Assembly: GCA_951406725.2 (NCBI GenBank)
Contig: OX597820.1
Span: 2,356,001-2,420,000 of the forward strand
Direction: 5' to 3'
Source of the DNA: Octopus vulgaris
Lineage: Eukaryota
DNA: 64,000 bases
The notes beneath the pieces were generated by a model. It was not told where the DNA came from, did no database searches, and was given only the letters and a program-made list of their open reading frames with translations. How positions within the stretch are numbered: the first letter of the stretch is position 1; each line of letters starts with the position of its first letter. The translations under genes were made by a program, and so were the position numbers. Below, piece after piece: positions 1-14,541 of the stretch.

Positions 1-518
1 AATAGTGAATATCAAGACTCCGTGCAGGGGTGGTTGTACCTGATATTCCTGCCATGTGTGCAGACAACGCAACCCAGCCGAGTGAAGATATCTGCTCTTG
101 GTAATTCAGACATGTTCTTTTTATGAAGGAACTTTCTATAGTATTTCCGAAGTGCAGATTGCAAGCTAGGTGAGTAAAATATAAATGAGTAACAAAGATG
201 TACAGGTGTTAATGGATTGACACCTGTACATCTTTTATATATTTATATATATATACACATATAAGCAATAATAAATTTCTGAGCGAGATATAGACAGTAG
301 CAGCACCACATCGTGAAGCATATTTGCCACATAAATGTGGTTGATCCATAAGGGACGATGCTACTGTAGTTTCTAGCCCCAGGAAGCCATCTCCTCTAGC
401 TAGCTATTGACACGCTGTATGTGCCCTATCAGTATTTGCAAAGGAAACCATCGTTCCCATCTTTAGGTGACAAATATACTTCATTATATATATATATATA
501 TAAATATATATATATGTA

Positions 519-551
<33 letters not shown>

Positions 552-1019
552 ATGTATAAAATTCAATTAAGATTCAGTTGAAGTGGGTTATTAAGTTGAG
601 GTACCTTGTTTGGCCTGGGTACCGTGCATACTCAACAATATTAAGTGAATATCAGACTTTAATTGATTAATGCTCTCATTAATCAATTATATATGTGTGC
701 GTATGTCTGTATATGTGTATGTGTGCGTGCGTGTGTGTGTGTGCGTGTGTATGTGTGTGTGTGTGTGTGTGCGCGCGCGTTTATATGTTTTAGACTGTCA
801 CCCCACCGCTTGAAACCGGTTCGTTTACGTCTTCGTAACTTAGCGCTTCAGCGAAACAGACCGATAGAATATGTTCCAGACATAAAAAAAGCAAAAACAC
901 AAAGAAGTCCTGGGGTCGATTTCTTCGACTGCAACGCTTCAAAGCGTTGCTCCAGCTTGGCCACAAGTGTTTCGATGAGTGAAACAAATAACAAAAATAA
1001 TAATTCTTTTTTTCTGCTC

Positions 1020-1213
1020 CAGAAACGAGGCCCGAAATTTGGCCGGAGGGGGCCAATCGATTAGATCGATCCCAGTATCAACTGGTACTTAATTTATCGA
1101 CCACAAATGGCAAGGTCGACCTCGGCGGAATTTGAACTCAGGACGTAAAGACAGGTGAAATACAGCTAAGCATTTCGCCCGGCGTGCTAACGGTTCTGCC
1201 AGCTCGCCGCCTT
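1020..1213 (-). mobile_element. SINE family A (Deu/Nin-like central domain)
   Basis: ggcggcgagctggcagaa..gagttcaaattccgccgaggtcgac..gtcgataaattaagtaccag; more than 12 copies in the window. Confidence 0.8.
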
Positions 1214-1818
1214 GTGTAACAAAAATAATTATAATCAAAACGTCACACTTGGAGTTTTATATATAGTCGAGGTATCGTTGTTCGATCTTATGTTCAGCAG
1301 TCAGCTCTTACAATATCAACTAATGCTAGCAGAAGATAAATATACCGAAATTATCTCTCCTTATGTTTCCTTGTTATAAATATTTTTTATATCTTTTAGT
1401 ATGAGAGCTTTATAATGTTATCAGTGAAGAGAGATCCCGGTGGGTATTGATAACAAAGCTTGACATATAAATGTGTGTGTGTGTGTGTGTGCGTGCGTGT
1501 GTGTACACACATATACATAGTAAATATACAAATACTTATATATGTATCTGTATATTTGTATGTGCATATATATATATGTGTGTGTGTGTGTGTATACACA
1601 TATACGTGTATATACACTCATATACACATACATATATATATGCATATATGTGTGTATAAATATATATATATATGTACACACACACACAAACACGATCATA
1701 CACATGCACATACACATACACACGCTCTCACTCACAAACATGAACACATGTATATATATATATATATGCGTATATACGTACATGTATCTATATCTGTATA
1801 AGTGCGTGTGTACGTATG

Positions 1819-1868
<50 letters not shown>

Positions 1869-1898
1869 TTTGCACGTACGTATGTGTGTATAGAAACG

Positions 1899-1979
<81 letters not shown>

Positions 1980-2610
1980 GGCAACAATGTAAACAACAGA
2001 AAACAAGCACTTCTCCAAACGACGACAGTTGCGGGTTGAGAAGTCAAAAGGTTTCGTTGATACAAAAACTCTGATATTCAAATATTTCAGCAGGTGATAA
2101 AGTACCAGATATCAGTAAAGGTGATAACCAAGACTGACTCTGGTTGAAGAAGGTTTCTAAGAAGCCCTTTATTCCGTTTACAATGTTATTTATCGACAAT
2201 AAATACGACAGTTTAAAGAGACGCGGTACACAGATACGAAGGCCTTCTCTTCCTTTTTCAACCTCATAGAATAAAGAATGCACTCATCGAACTATGTTGG
2301 CGAGTCTGACTCCCAATGCAAAACTTAAAAAGGCTACCAACACTCGAGGATTAATTTATTTTCAGGGATCCTTTAGCCATAAATATGATCTTACAAATCA
2401 CGGAATCTACAAAATGATTCAATAAAAGCATCCAGTTTCTCTTTATCTGTACTTTTTTCTGCTTTCTTTTCATTTTCTTTTAGTTATGAGTATGTATAGG
2501 TGGTGTGTGTGTGCGTGTGTGTGTGTGCGTGTGTGTGTGTATGTATATCACTAATAAGTGCTACTATGCACGAAACTCTTGATCGTTGAGTCACTTTGTA
2601 ATTTCTGTGA

Positions 2611-3312
2611 TTAACGCTTTTAAATCGGTCGACGTAATTATGCGCCGCCTAGCTTAGAACCCGTCGCCTGGGTTAGAACCGGTCCACCTGCCAACTCATA
2701 GACCGATTCGATGTCTCATGTGAATATCTAACCCGATAGATTGGTCCCGCCACTCCGGCTCTATCAACTTCGTCGTCGCGTCCTGTTTCGAGGAATTTAC
2801 GTTCGTCGCGGCGCCAAGCTCCACCACCTCACCAGTTGTTTCTTCTTGTTCGGACGATGAGTATTTTCCTAGTTCAAAATCAGATGATTCCGATAGCTAT
2901 GTTGATATTCTGGTGAATCAAAGGTACAAGCAGGCGGCAGTGAATGGCTCTGGACAGCAGAATGTCGTCTGGCGAGTGAGAGTCCATTTCGTCCGACGAC
3001 ATGCGTTTACTGGTACGCCTGGCATAAAGGCAAACCTTCAACATGGAAGCTCGTCATTGGAAATATTCCACGAGTTTTTGACGGATGAAATGTTCCAATC
3101 TATAGCGGATAAAACGAATGACTATGTTAAACCTATCCCCAGCATGTCAGACCCGAGCAGAGCGCTGGTTGGTTCCCAACTACAGAGGACAAAATCAAAG
3201 TTCTGCTTACCCTGCTGATAATGATGGGCATCGTGAAGAAACCGACCCTGGTATCATATTGGAATCAGGAACCAACCATGTATATATTCTGTTTTCCTGT
3301 TTGAATTACCAA
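2611..3312 (+). mobile_element. piggyBac (PGBD4-like) transposase 5' fragment, frameshifted and truncated at (GATA)n
   Basis: Acidic/Ser-rich N-terminus, then FTGTPGIK...SLEIFHEFLTDEMFQSIADKTNDY and, in another frame, [35 protein letters not shown] at 2611 is a possible left end. Confidence 0.75.
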
Positions 3313-3315
3313 ACT

Positions 3316-3490
<175 letters not shown>

Positions 3491-3498
3491 GCATACAT

Positions 3499-4018
<520 letters not shown>

Positions 4019-4753
4019 CATAGTCCAATGACTCGAAAAAGTAAAACATAAAGGTTGTATTTTAGAAACCCATTTAAACACCAGCTTTTCTTTCATTCCT
4101 CATGGCTCGGGAGCACACCTATGCGCATGCTCAATTTCGAACGTCGCAGAATTTATTACATCCTGCCAGTTTATTACTGTCGACAGACTTCAATAGTGAT
4201 CGATGTCATTTACGAATATATGGAGAAAGCTCGCTAAAATAGCGAACAACGTTTAGCATGTGAAATGTGGGAAAATTGCCGATCAGTTGATTAATCTGCC
4301 TTGAATAACCTCTGCTCTATCTGTCACGAAGTGAGTGGTGAGGTTTTTACTGAACACTTGCCCCGGGAAAAATATCAATATAGGTGTGTGCGTATGTCTG
4401 TATTAAATATGCCTGTATGTAGGTGTATATATATATATACACTCTCCAAGCGATCGTGGGGAGGACGTAGATCAGTGTGTGCATGCGATAATAGGCAAAT
4501 ACCAAATATTTAAAAAAAAACATGAAAAAGAACCACAAAAGTCAATAGGGCGCTGGTCTTTTCCCTTTTTCCGACGAAGAGCCATGCTCGGAACGTCATT
4601 TTTCAATTCCGTTTCTCCATCTAAAAATTTTAGCAAGCCTCATTCTAATATATTCGGTGTTCGTCCAATTGAATTTTGTTACTGTTTCTTGTTTGGTTTT
4701 TTTTTTCGAATTTGTATGCACATATTATATATATAGAGAGAGAGAGGGGGGAA

Positions 4754-4864
<111 letters not shown>

Positions 4865-6662
4865 TGTGTGTATACATATATTTGTTATATACACGTGAGC
4901 GCACACGTTCATATCTATATATATAGTCTAATTCATAAGAATTTTAAAATGTTAACGTTTCCGCCAGCCCCTCGCCGCCTATAACGTGTAAATATTAGGT
5001 CAAAAACCCCCTCGGTTGGAAAAAACCGAATGCTTCACGTATAGAAAGCCATAAATATGTTTTATGCCTTCAAAGATCCAATGGATGTATCACAGTAACT
5101 ACTTTGAGTGTGTGATTGTATATTTTCTTCTCATATCTTTCTAATGAATGTAAGCATCGCGTCCTCTTTGATGCCACCACAGTGCAGAATACCTGCTTTA
5201 GTGTGCTGTTCTCCTTTACTGCTACTATTGAAAACTCCCTCACTTTTCAGTCATTCTCTTTCCATTTTCTGTGTCTGCATGTGTGTGTGTGTCTGTGCGC
5301 GCATGTGTGCGTGTGCGTTAATTTAAGCATGAATTGAATGGATAACAGTTCGAATTATAGTCATGACTAAATGAAAATTTTTTAAAGATAGAATTCACGG
5401 TAAATGATGTTTTCCCCACTAATACCAGAGAAGGAGGTCTACCACATGCACATGATTTGATTTGGCTGGAAATGAGATTCTTTCTAATCAAATTCTTTCC
5501 ATCATAGCTGTAGAACTTCCAATCTAATGCCGGAAAGAAAGAGTTCTTCAGTATTGTTAAATGTCAGAGGTTCATGGTCTCTGAAGTGTCCACAGCAAAA
5601 ATCACCGTTGCATTGTCGACGTAAAATGTACCAATTTCCAAGATCTTTTATCAGAGACTCAAACAGAGTAGGTTAGATATGTGCGTGTGTGTATATGTAT
5701 GTATGTATCCATGTATGTGTGTATGTATGTAAGTATGTATGTATGTATTTACGCATGTATGTATGTATGTATGTATGTATGTATGTATGTATGTATGTAT
5801 GTATGTATGTATGTATGTATGTATGTATGTATGTATGTATGTATGTATGTATGTATGTATGTATGTATGTATGTATGTATGTATAGTCTTTCCTCACTAG
5901 GTGTCTCTTGGTTTTTGATATCTCTGTTGTATTGGATACAGTGGCTGGCCATAGCCGAAAAAGCGAAAACGCTCAATGTTCTATGATGGAATGAAATCAT
6001 ATGTCCGCGTGGGTGGTAACGCACTGGCCACCTACTGCAAGAGGTGCCCATCTTTGCCACATCTTTGAGTGTGCAAAAGAGTGTAGGTGTTCAGCAGGAC
6101 AGAAAAGCTACATCCATGTTGTTTTAAGAGATCAAGCAATATCTTTGCTCGAAATTGAGTTGCAGCCATCATGTATGTATGTATGTATGTATGTATGTAT
6201 GTATGTATGTATGTATGTATTTACGCAAGTATGTATGTATGTATGTATGTATTTACGTATGTATGTATGTACGTATGTGTATGTATGTATCTATGTGTGT
6301 ATGTGTGTGTGTATGTATGTATGTATGTATGCATGCATGTATGCATGTCTATGTTTATATGTGTGTATATGTGAAAAGAGTTGTAATTTGTTTAAATCAC
6401 GACTGAATATAAAAACCAGTGCTTTAAGCAATAGTTTTCCCAATGCAGTGGAAGAAAGATGAAATATATAAAGCTAACAGAGACATGTTTACCTTAAATC
6501 ATTTAATAATCCGATGTTTCGTGCTAATACGACCTTTTCCATTGAGTGAGGGAAATAGAAGAATACGTCTAACTTCGCCGGAATTTCAAGTATATATTAC
6601 ATAACACTATAGTTGCGTGTGTGTGTGCATATTATATCACACATGGGTGTGTGCACACGCAT

Positions 6663-6694
<32 letters not shown>

Positions 6695-6945
6695 ACACAC
6701 ACACATGTCCCCCGGATTGCATCTGGTGGCGAGGCTCCAGTGCGGGAGTTCTGAAGTTGTAGGGAACGTGGAGTAATTCCTTAATTACCATTACTTCCGA
6801 AACGGTAGTATCTCTAAGGGTCCCGTCTATGGGCTAAAAAGATTTCCCAGGAGTAGAAGAGGCTCACATCCTTTTTGGCAAATCCGTGGTAAAGGCAGCT
6901 CTTTTAGGAGAATGATAGTTTGACATATAACTTACAGTCAAGACA

Positions 6946-8205
6946 TCAGGTTGGGTAAAAAGTAAATCTTTGAACCATAAAAATACCAAATTTTTGCAGA
7001 GTTTTGAATTTTTAAAACATTTTTTTCTTTTTGCAATTATCTGCTAATACAGACATAGACTTGCCCAAATGCATCAATAAATTAACATTGATATTTTTTT
7101 TTTTTTTCACCGTTGTTACAATCATCTGAAATGGTAATGTCAAAGTGCGATATTCAAACAATTTTGCTATTCAACTTCAAAAAAGGACGTAAAGAAGTTG
7201 AAACTGCTCGCGATATCAACGAAACGTTTTGGTTGGGAAATGACCAGTGAGTGGTCAGCTCAAAAATGGTTTAAACGATTTCGCAGTGGAGACCTGAGCC
7301 TTGAAGATCGTGAGCGGAGTGGATGCCCATCTGTTATCAATGACGGTCAATTAAAGACCGCCATTGAGAAAGATCCGCGTAAAACCACTCGAGGACTGGT
7401 AAAATAACTTCAAGTTAGCCAGAAAGCTGCCTGCAACCAGGATCGGAAAAAGAAAAAAGCTCGACAAATGGGTACCACTCGATTTGAATAAAAATCAGAA
7501 AATGCGCAGATATGAAATTTGCTCGTCGCTTCTTCTCCGTAACCGGACCGATCCATTTCTCGACCGTATTGTAAATTGCGATGAAAAGTGGATTCTGTAC
7601 AATAATAAAAAGCATTCTTCGCATTGGTTGGACCAAAATGAAGCACCGAAAGCCTTTCCTAAACCAGAGCTCTTCAAAAGATTATGGTGACTGTTTGGTG
7701 GTGTCCTGCTGGACTCATCCACTATAACTACATAAAACCCGGAAAAACCATAACTACATAAACATATTCCCATGAAATTGCCAAAATGAATGAAACACTG
7801 TTAATCCTCTGTCCAAAACTGGTCAACAGAAGAGGGCCAGTCATTCTTCATGACAATGCTCGACCACACGTTTCACTTATGATGCTCCAGAAGTTGAGGG
7901 AACTTGGCTACGAAGTTCTTCCCTGCCCAGCCTATTCTGCAGACCTTTCTCCTACCGACTACCACTTTTTGAAGCACCTTGGTGGTTTTCTGCAAGAGAA
8001 GGAGTTCAGAAATCAAACCGATGCTGCAAGCGCGTTCAAAGAGTTCATCAGTTCCAGAACTCCAGATTTTTATGTTACCGGAATAAACAAACTTATAACT
8101 CGTTGGCAAAAATGTGTTGATTGTAATGCTACTTACTTTAACTGTTGAAATATATTGTAATGAATTTCATGTTTGAAAACGTTGCTTACTTTTTACTCAG
8201 CCTGA
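6946..8205 (+). mobile_element. Full-length decayed mariner transposon (Hsmar1/cecropia-like)
   Basis: TIRs tcaggttgggtaaaaagtaa and ttactttttactcagcctga (18/20 match); TA on the right, CA on the left; 1260 bp. Transposase motifs WVP, CDEKW, HDNARPH and YSADLSPTDYHF. Confidence 0.93.
7131..8148 (+). pseudogene. mariner DD34D transposase pseudogene
   Basis: Starts MVMSKCDIQTILLFNFKKGRKEVETARDINE and is split over ORFs 7198, 7484 and 7786 by frameshifts and stops. Confidence 0.9.
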
Positions 8206-9643
8206 TAGAACCAGTCGCCTTGCAATGCTGGTCACTGGGAACAATGATGGCGACTGAAAGAGTAACAAAATTATTGTGCAAGCTTTTGTCACTTTAATCC
8301 AATGACTTACAGGTATCTCACTGTCGTTTTTTGATCCGTTTGTATTTTATAAATTCCTATAACGACAGATAGAAGTTAACCACGGCAGAATTTGAACTCA
8401 GAGTGTCGAGCATTGGAACAAATCCGGCAAGAGATTCTATCCAACACCCTTAACACATTCACAATTCGCTACCTTAATTGTAATTTGTCAACTATCAAAA
8501 TTTTATTTAGTTTCCAAGATTCCATTCTCGTTATTTACATTTCAAATCTTCGAGAAAGTAAAGAAGCTTCTGCGAGGCCCATTGATTTACAAGAAACAAT
8601 AGCTAAATCTCCCTCAAAATATTTCCTACAGAAAGAAACACTGGAAGAATACCATTCTACATACCCATAACGCAGTAGAATTGTCTTGTATTCTGTATTT
8701 ACCAATGCCACTATCAGCTAAATTGAATGAAAGCTTCAAATAAAGCCAGAAACAGTTTTCACGCTTCGGAAGTTAATCACCAGCCATTTTGATGTCAGGC
8801 GCTTTTTTTTTTACAAATCCTAAATCCATTTTTATTTATTTATTCATTTTTAAATCTATTTATTTATTCCTTCATTTCGTGGAGGATCGTCGTCCACTGG
8901 TTTACATATATTACACGCCACTAGCGATGAATACGTCCAAGGTAAAAAAAAAAAAAGAAAAGAGATGTTGTTGGTATTTGAATTCAGAAAGAATGAGATT
9001 AAATGCTGCTAGACATTTACTTTGACACTCTACCGTTTCCATTAATATCCAATTTTTTTTCTTTTTCTTGAGTCCTGAGACATTTAAGGCCGGTTACCTG
9101 GTTTCCATGGTGCATAAGTGCCGAGATTATAACATTACACCTGAATGGGACGCCGGTCCGTTGCAGGATTCAATTTTTGAGGGGGAGGGGGACAAGTCGA
9201 TGACACCGACTCCAGTACCTAACTGGTACCTTATTTTATTGATCCTTAAGGGACGAAAAGCAAGGTTGACCTCTGTGGGATTCGAGCTCTGAACATAAAG
9301 ATCCGGAGGAAATGCCGCCAACCAATTTGTTTAACGTCCTGGCGATTCTACCAGGTCGCTGCATTATTAACTTATATTTCAAGTTTGTAGCGCTCAGTCA
9401 ATATTAAACATCAATATGAATACTTTTAAAAACAAAAGTTTTTGTGTTGTTTTTTTATGTTAGAGTTTGAAAATCTTGCTTTTAACAATTAATATCTCGC
9501 GAGGAGGTCCCCGGGAGAGCGATTTTACAAAGGGAGGTAATTATCTCCTCACATTGAGATAGGATTGGAAATTTGAATCTGAAAGCAAGGAACATGAAGA
9601 GTAAACGTGTGTGTGTGTGCGTCATGCCTACTAAATTTATTGC

Positions 9644-9691
<48 letters not shown>

Positions 9692-9754
9692 GATTATTAT
9701 TATTATTATTATTATTATTCCTGCAATGTACTGATTGTGTTTTATTCTTTCCAG

Positions 9755-10940
9755 GTGAAAGCAAACAAATACTCAAAGATTCCGAACTGGTTGAAGTCCA
9801 GCAGTCGACTTTGTCCGAAATGTCAACCTGGTTCCTATATGATTCGAAAATGCGATGTAAACCATGGAACTCTGTGTGCTCCGTGTCCAGCTCGGACATT
9901 TACAGACCACAGCAACAAAATGCACCACTGCACTCCATGTGGAACCTGCAATTCCAATCAAATGGTTGTAAGTCTTTGTACAAAACGCAAAGACATTGTA
10001 TGCAAGCGAGTTTACTCAGCCAAGAAATTCCATCTTCACAATTTGCGAGGTTTCCAAGGAGATCAACCAGTCGGTCAGCAAAAAATTATGGAACCAGGAT
10101 CTGGAAGCATGTTAATGTCGGATTCTAACCTTTTCGATAGAACTTTCCAGAAAGCTCCCGGTAGAGATGCTAAATTTGAATTGGGGTCTCTACATAGTAT
10201 TGAAAAAATCCCTGAAACCTCAGGTGACGACCAAATCAAACCGTCTCTGTTCATGAATGATCTCGATTTCGATAAAGCTCTCGACAATGACACAGCTTAC
10301 CCTTCATCGCTGGATCCTAATTACAACGGAAAAAATCCTAACCCAGAGCAAGTGCCAGTGCATGCTATACCCAGCAAATTTGCTCAAGAAGAAGACTTGA
10401 TTCCTATAACCATTTCTACTAAAGACCGAAATGGGGTGTCATTTTCTTCTCAGAAATCTGGATTTACAACAAAAGCACCGACTGAGAGACAAAAGAGAAA
10501 GGGAAAGAAAGAAAAGAAAGAAAAGAGAAAGAAGAAGAGAATACCAGAAGAAAGCAGTCCATTCGGCCGAACGAAGTCTATTAAAGAAGCTAAGATGTTC
10601 AGATCATTGGAAGGGGATATTTTATCGACTGTGTATAAAGCTCCGGAGAAGGAAGGTGACATCAAAACGAAAATCGAAAGCGCCGCATTGACACCAGATC
10701 CGGAATCGGTGACAACTTCCTCGCCAGATATGGACAACGCAAACGTGACTCTTAAACCCGATACTGATCTTCCAAATGGTACCCAAGTTCCCGATATGGA
10801 ACCAGCAGAGACTGAACCAGAAATGAAGATCACCACGCCCAAAGAAACAAAAAGTGAAGATAAAGAATATAAAGTGCAACTAAATTCAGGAAAGGAAGAA
10901 CCGTCAGTTCGGACCGATACTGAAACTTCTACAGTGAAAG
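9755..10940 (+). CDS. TNF receptor superfamily-like protein, exon with cysteine-rich repeats and long Ser/Thr/Pro/Glu/Lys-rich stalk
   Basis: Part of the 426-aa ORF 9737-11017. Contains a TNFR-type Cys pattern (CPKCQPGSYMIRKCDVNHGTLCAPCPARTFTDHSNKMHHCTPCGTCNSNQMVVSLCTKRKDIVC). Acceptor ttattctttccag|GTG (phase 0); donor AAAG|gtttgt (phase 1). Confidence 0.88.
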
Positions 10941-10966
10941 GTTTGTCGATTTTTGGTACTTGTATG

Positions 10967-11006
<40 letters not shown>

Positions 11007-11022
11007 TAAAAGTATGAGTGTT

Positions 11023-11090
<68 letters not shown>

Positions 11091-11097
11091 TATATAA

Positions 11098-11684
11098 TAT
11101 TAATAATAAAAGGATAAAATTAATTAATTAATCAATTAATGAATTAATAATTTTACCAAGTAGATCGGTACGTTACAATAACCTTTATAGGTAAAATTAT
11201 ACAAATATTCTATAATTATATGCATAATTATAATTAGGGTTCAGCTAATTGCTTCACCACATACCCAATTTAGAAATAGAAGTTAAAAGTTCCTTTCAAC
11301 TAACGTAAGAATCTCCCAGATAGTAACACACTTTCTCACGTAGGCAAAAAGAAAAATAATGAATCCACACGACTCCGATTAGCCACAGACGCGTTTCGAG
11401 ATTAAAGTATATTTACTTACTTCTCATCGTCAGCGTAGCATTCCGAATATAAAATTTGAAAGTGCTAGGGTTAAATATGTACGCGATCGAGCGTCATCGC
11501 GCAATAGATATCCAACCAACACTTCCAAAATTTTCCTTTTTGCCTACGTAAAAAAAGGGTGTTACTGTCTGGGAGATTCTTACGGTAGTAGAAAGGGAGT
11601 TTTTATTTCTAAATTCGGTATGTGGTGAAGAAATTAGCTGACCCCTAATTATAATCATATTTATAATTATAGAATATTTGTACA

Positions 11685-11686
<2 letters not shown>
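11098..11686 (-). mobile_element. PLE derivative with imperfect inverted repeat, in (TA)n
   Basis: Diverged arms ~11200-11357 and ~11530-11682; tail on the left resembles 53200-53289; hammerhead motif in the spacer. Confidence 0.75.
11382..11439 (-). ncRNA. Minimal type I hammerhead ribozyme motif
   Basis: Minus strand: gctacg-CTGACGA-t-gaga..tctc-GAAA-cgcg-TC-tgtggc; palindromic ACGCGT stem III; GUC cleavage triplet. Confidence 0.75.
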
Positions 11687-11745
<59 letters not shown>

Positions 11746-11793
11746 TAGGAAGAAATGGAGCTGAACGAAGATTTAACAAAATTCCTTTTTATT

Positions 11794-11879
11794 ATTTTCT
11801 ACATATGTTTCAAAGGCTGCAAAGTCCCTAATTCGGATTGAATAAGGAGTCCATTTTGCAGCCTTCTCTTCAGGAAAAT
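11794..11879 (-). ncRNA. Hammerhead ribozyme motif, inverted copy
   Basis: Mirror of 11943-12028 in the other palindrome arm. Confidence 0.83.
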
Positions 11880-11942
11880 CCAGGAACTTAATTCTCCAAC
11901 AAAATGCTTGCTGTGCATTTTGTTGGAGAATTAAGTTCCTGG

Positions 11943-12028
11943 ATTTTCCTGAAGAGAAGGCTGCAAAATGGTCTCCTTATTCAATCCGAATTAGGGACTT
12001 TGCAGCCTTTGAAACATATGTAGAAAAT
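11943..12028 (+). ncRNA. Minimal type I hammerhead ribozyme motif
   Basis: attttc-CTGAAGA-gaaggctgcaaa..tttgcagccttt-GAAA-catatg-TA-gaaaat, with AATAAA just downstream. Confidence 0.85.
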
Positions 12029-12231
12029 AATAAAAGGAATTTTGTTAAATCTTCGTTCAGCTCCATTTCTTCCTACACTAAATATATAAAACTTCAAATT
12101 TCCGCACTAAGGCACGGATTTTAGACCCCATGGTCGTAACCTCAACCGTGCTTTTTCTGTTGTGATTTTTGCTACCCAGGTATCGGTTATCATTTGAATT
12201 ATCCGTAATAAGATAATTTATTTATCTACTT

Positions 12232-12278
<47 letters not shown>

Positions 12279-12330
12279 CGGCGGTGCATCAGCATGGCCG
12301 CAGCTCTGATCTGAAACTAGAAAAAAAAAT

Positions 12331-12361
<31 letters not shown>

Positions 12362-12379
12362 TATATATATATATATATA

Positions 12380-12710
12380 AGGGGTAAAGACCCCCTTCGG
12401 TCATGAATGACTAGATTGCACCTAGAAAGTTACCCTCCTAGACACAAGTCTGGGCATGGTTGTTTATGGAAGACCAGCAGTCGCCCATGCATACTGGCCT
12501 CCCCTCTCCACGCCACCAGTGTTATCCAAGGGAAAGACAAAGGTCGATACAGCTTGGCACCTGTGACGTCGCAACTCATTTCTACAGCTGAGTGAATTGG
12601 AGCAACGTGAAATAAAGTGCCTTGCTCGAGAACACAACACGCAGCCCGGTCGGGATTCGAGCTCACAACCTCACGATCGTAAGCTCGACGCTCTAACCAC
12701 TGAGCCATGC
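12380..12710 (-). mobile_element. tRNA-derived SINE
   Basis: Minus strand TGGCTCAGTGGTTAGAGCG...GCTCGAATCCC then tgtgttctcgagcaaggcacttta; related copies near 37400-37620 and 58990-59225. Confidence 0.8.
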
Positions 12711-12718
12711 ATATATAT

Positions 12719-12850
<132 letters not shown>

Positions 12851-13005
12851 AGACGTTGGGTGGCTGTGTGGTAAGAAGCTTGCTTCCCAACCACATGGTT
12901 CCGGATTCATGGGCAAGTATCTTCTACTATACCCTCGGGCCGACCAAAGACTTGTGAGCGGATTTGGTAGACGGAAACTGAAAGAAGCCTGTCGTGTGTG
13001 TGTGT

Positions 13006-13097
<92 letters not shown>

Positions 13098-13114
13098 GTA
13101 GGTAGGTAGATAGG

Positions 13115-13189
<75 letters not shown>

Positions 13190-13214
13190 GTAGGTAGGTA
13201 GGTAGGTAGATAGG

Positions 13215-13272
<58 letters not shown>

Positions 13273-13808
13273 TAGATTTAGATATAGATATAGATATATA
13301 TAGATATATATTTACGCATATGTGTGTGTGTGTGTGTATGTATTTATCTATGCATACGTGCATTTGTGTGATTTGTGTGCGTAGTATATATCGATATATA
13401 TAGAAGAGAGGGAGAGAAAGAGATAGAGTAAGAGAGAAAGCTAGAGAGAGACAAGGAGAAATTATATGTGAGAAAGACTAGAACGCATACATTTCTGGTG
13501 AATTAGTGAGAAATTGCAGATGCGACAGCCGGGCGATAACTTTCGATTTCTATCTATAATCATTGGGTTATGTAACTGCCTGCCACAGCGCAAAACTCGA
13601 GAAGCCGTTGAGCTTCACAAAACCAGAAGAAAAAAAACACGGATAACTGGGAAAACATATTTACAGTCCATTAAGGAAACTGTAAAAATATCTCAAATGT
13701 TCCAGATGTCATATTTGCATGATGTACACACATACACCAATATAGGTAGGCAAGCATATATATACTCACACATACAGCTTTTTTGTATATATATATTGTG
13801 CGTGTATG

Positions 13809-13877
<69 letters not shown>

Positions 13878-13904
13878 ATACACACACACACACACATATA
13901 TATA

Positions 13905-13941
<37 letters not shown>

Positions 13942-14174
13942 CACACACACACACACATATATATATTTATATCTTGCAGTGATATCATGTCACACATCTG
14001 ATGACGTGCTGGTACACAGGTGCTGCTACATCATATTTATTTATGAAATTATATATATGATAATTTTTGTTAGAGTATGATTTGCATAACTTGGCAACAA
14101 ACAGCTGTTACCATTGCACAGAAACAATTGTTGTGCTTTGTGATTAAAGCCCGTTCATCCCCATCTTCTTATCT

Positions 14175-14226
<52 letters not shown>

Positions 14227-14227
<1 letters not shown>

Positions 14228-14541
14228 ATCAAAAAAGGGTAATAACATAGATTACTACCAGTGGCCCAGCACAAAAGACGAATTAGTCATTAGACAAAAT
14301 ATTATTCATATAGAAAAATATTATTCATATAGAAATATAATTAAGGGCTCCCAAATAAGGAAGCTTAGTGCTAGAGACACAAAGAGGGATAAATTCCTGG
14401 AGAGAATGAAATTCAAAAACATTTACCATTAACGATATATCTCGAACTGATCAGTTTCTACCTCTTTCTAGCAAAACAGACAGAATATGTTTGCTAAGGC
14501 CGGTTTCATCAGCGAGACGCCTTTGTTAAATCGAGATGCAC

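Larger units (their letters stand above)
11741..12236 (+). mobile_element. Non-coding palindromic PLE derivative in (TA)n
   Basis: Arms 11741-11907 and 11915-12080 (one mismatch and one indel seen) plus a ~155-nt tail similar to the tail of the 47449 element. Confidence 0.85.

Noticed and set aside
5170-5260. Possible signal-peptide exon MPPQCRIPALVCCSPLLLLLK
   Set aside because: No suitable phase-0 splice donor; the first exon is probably outside the window.
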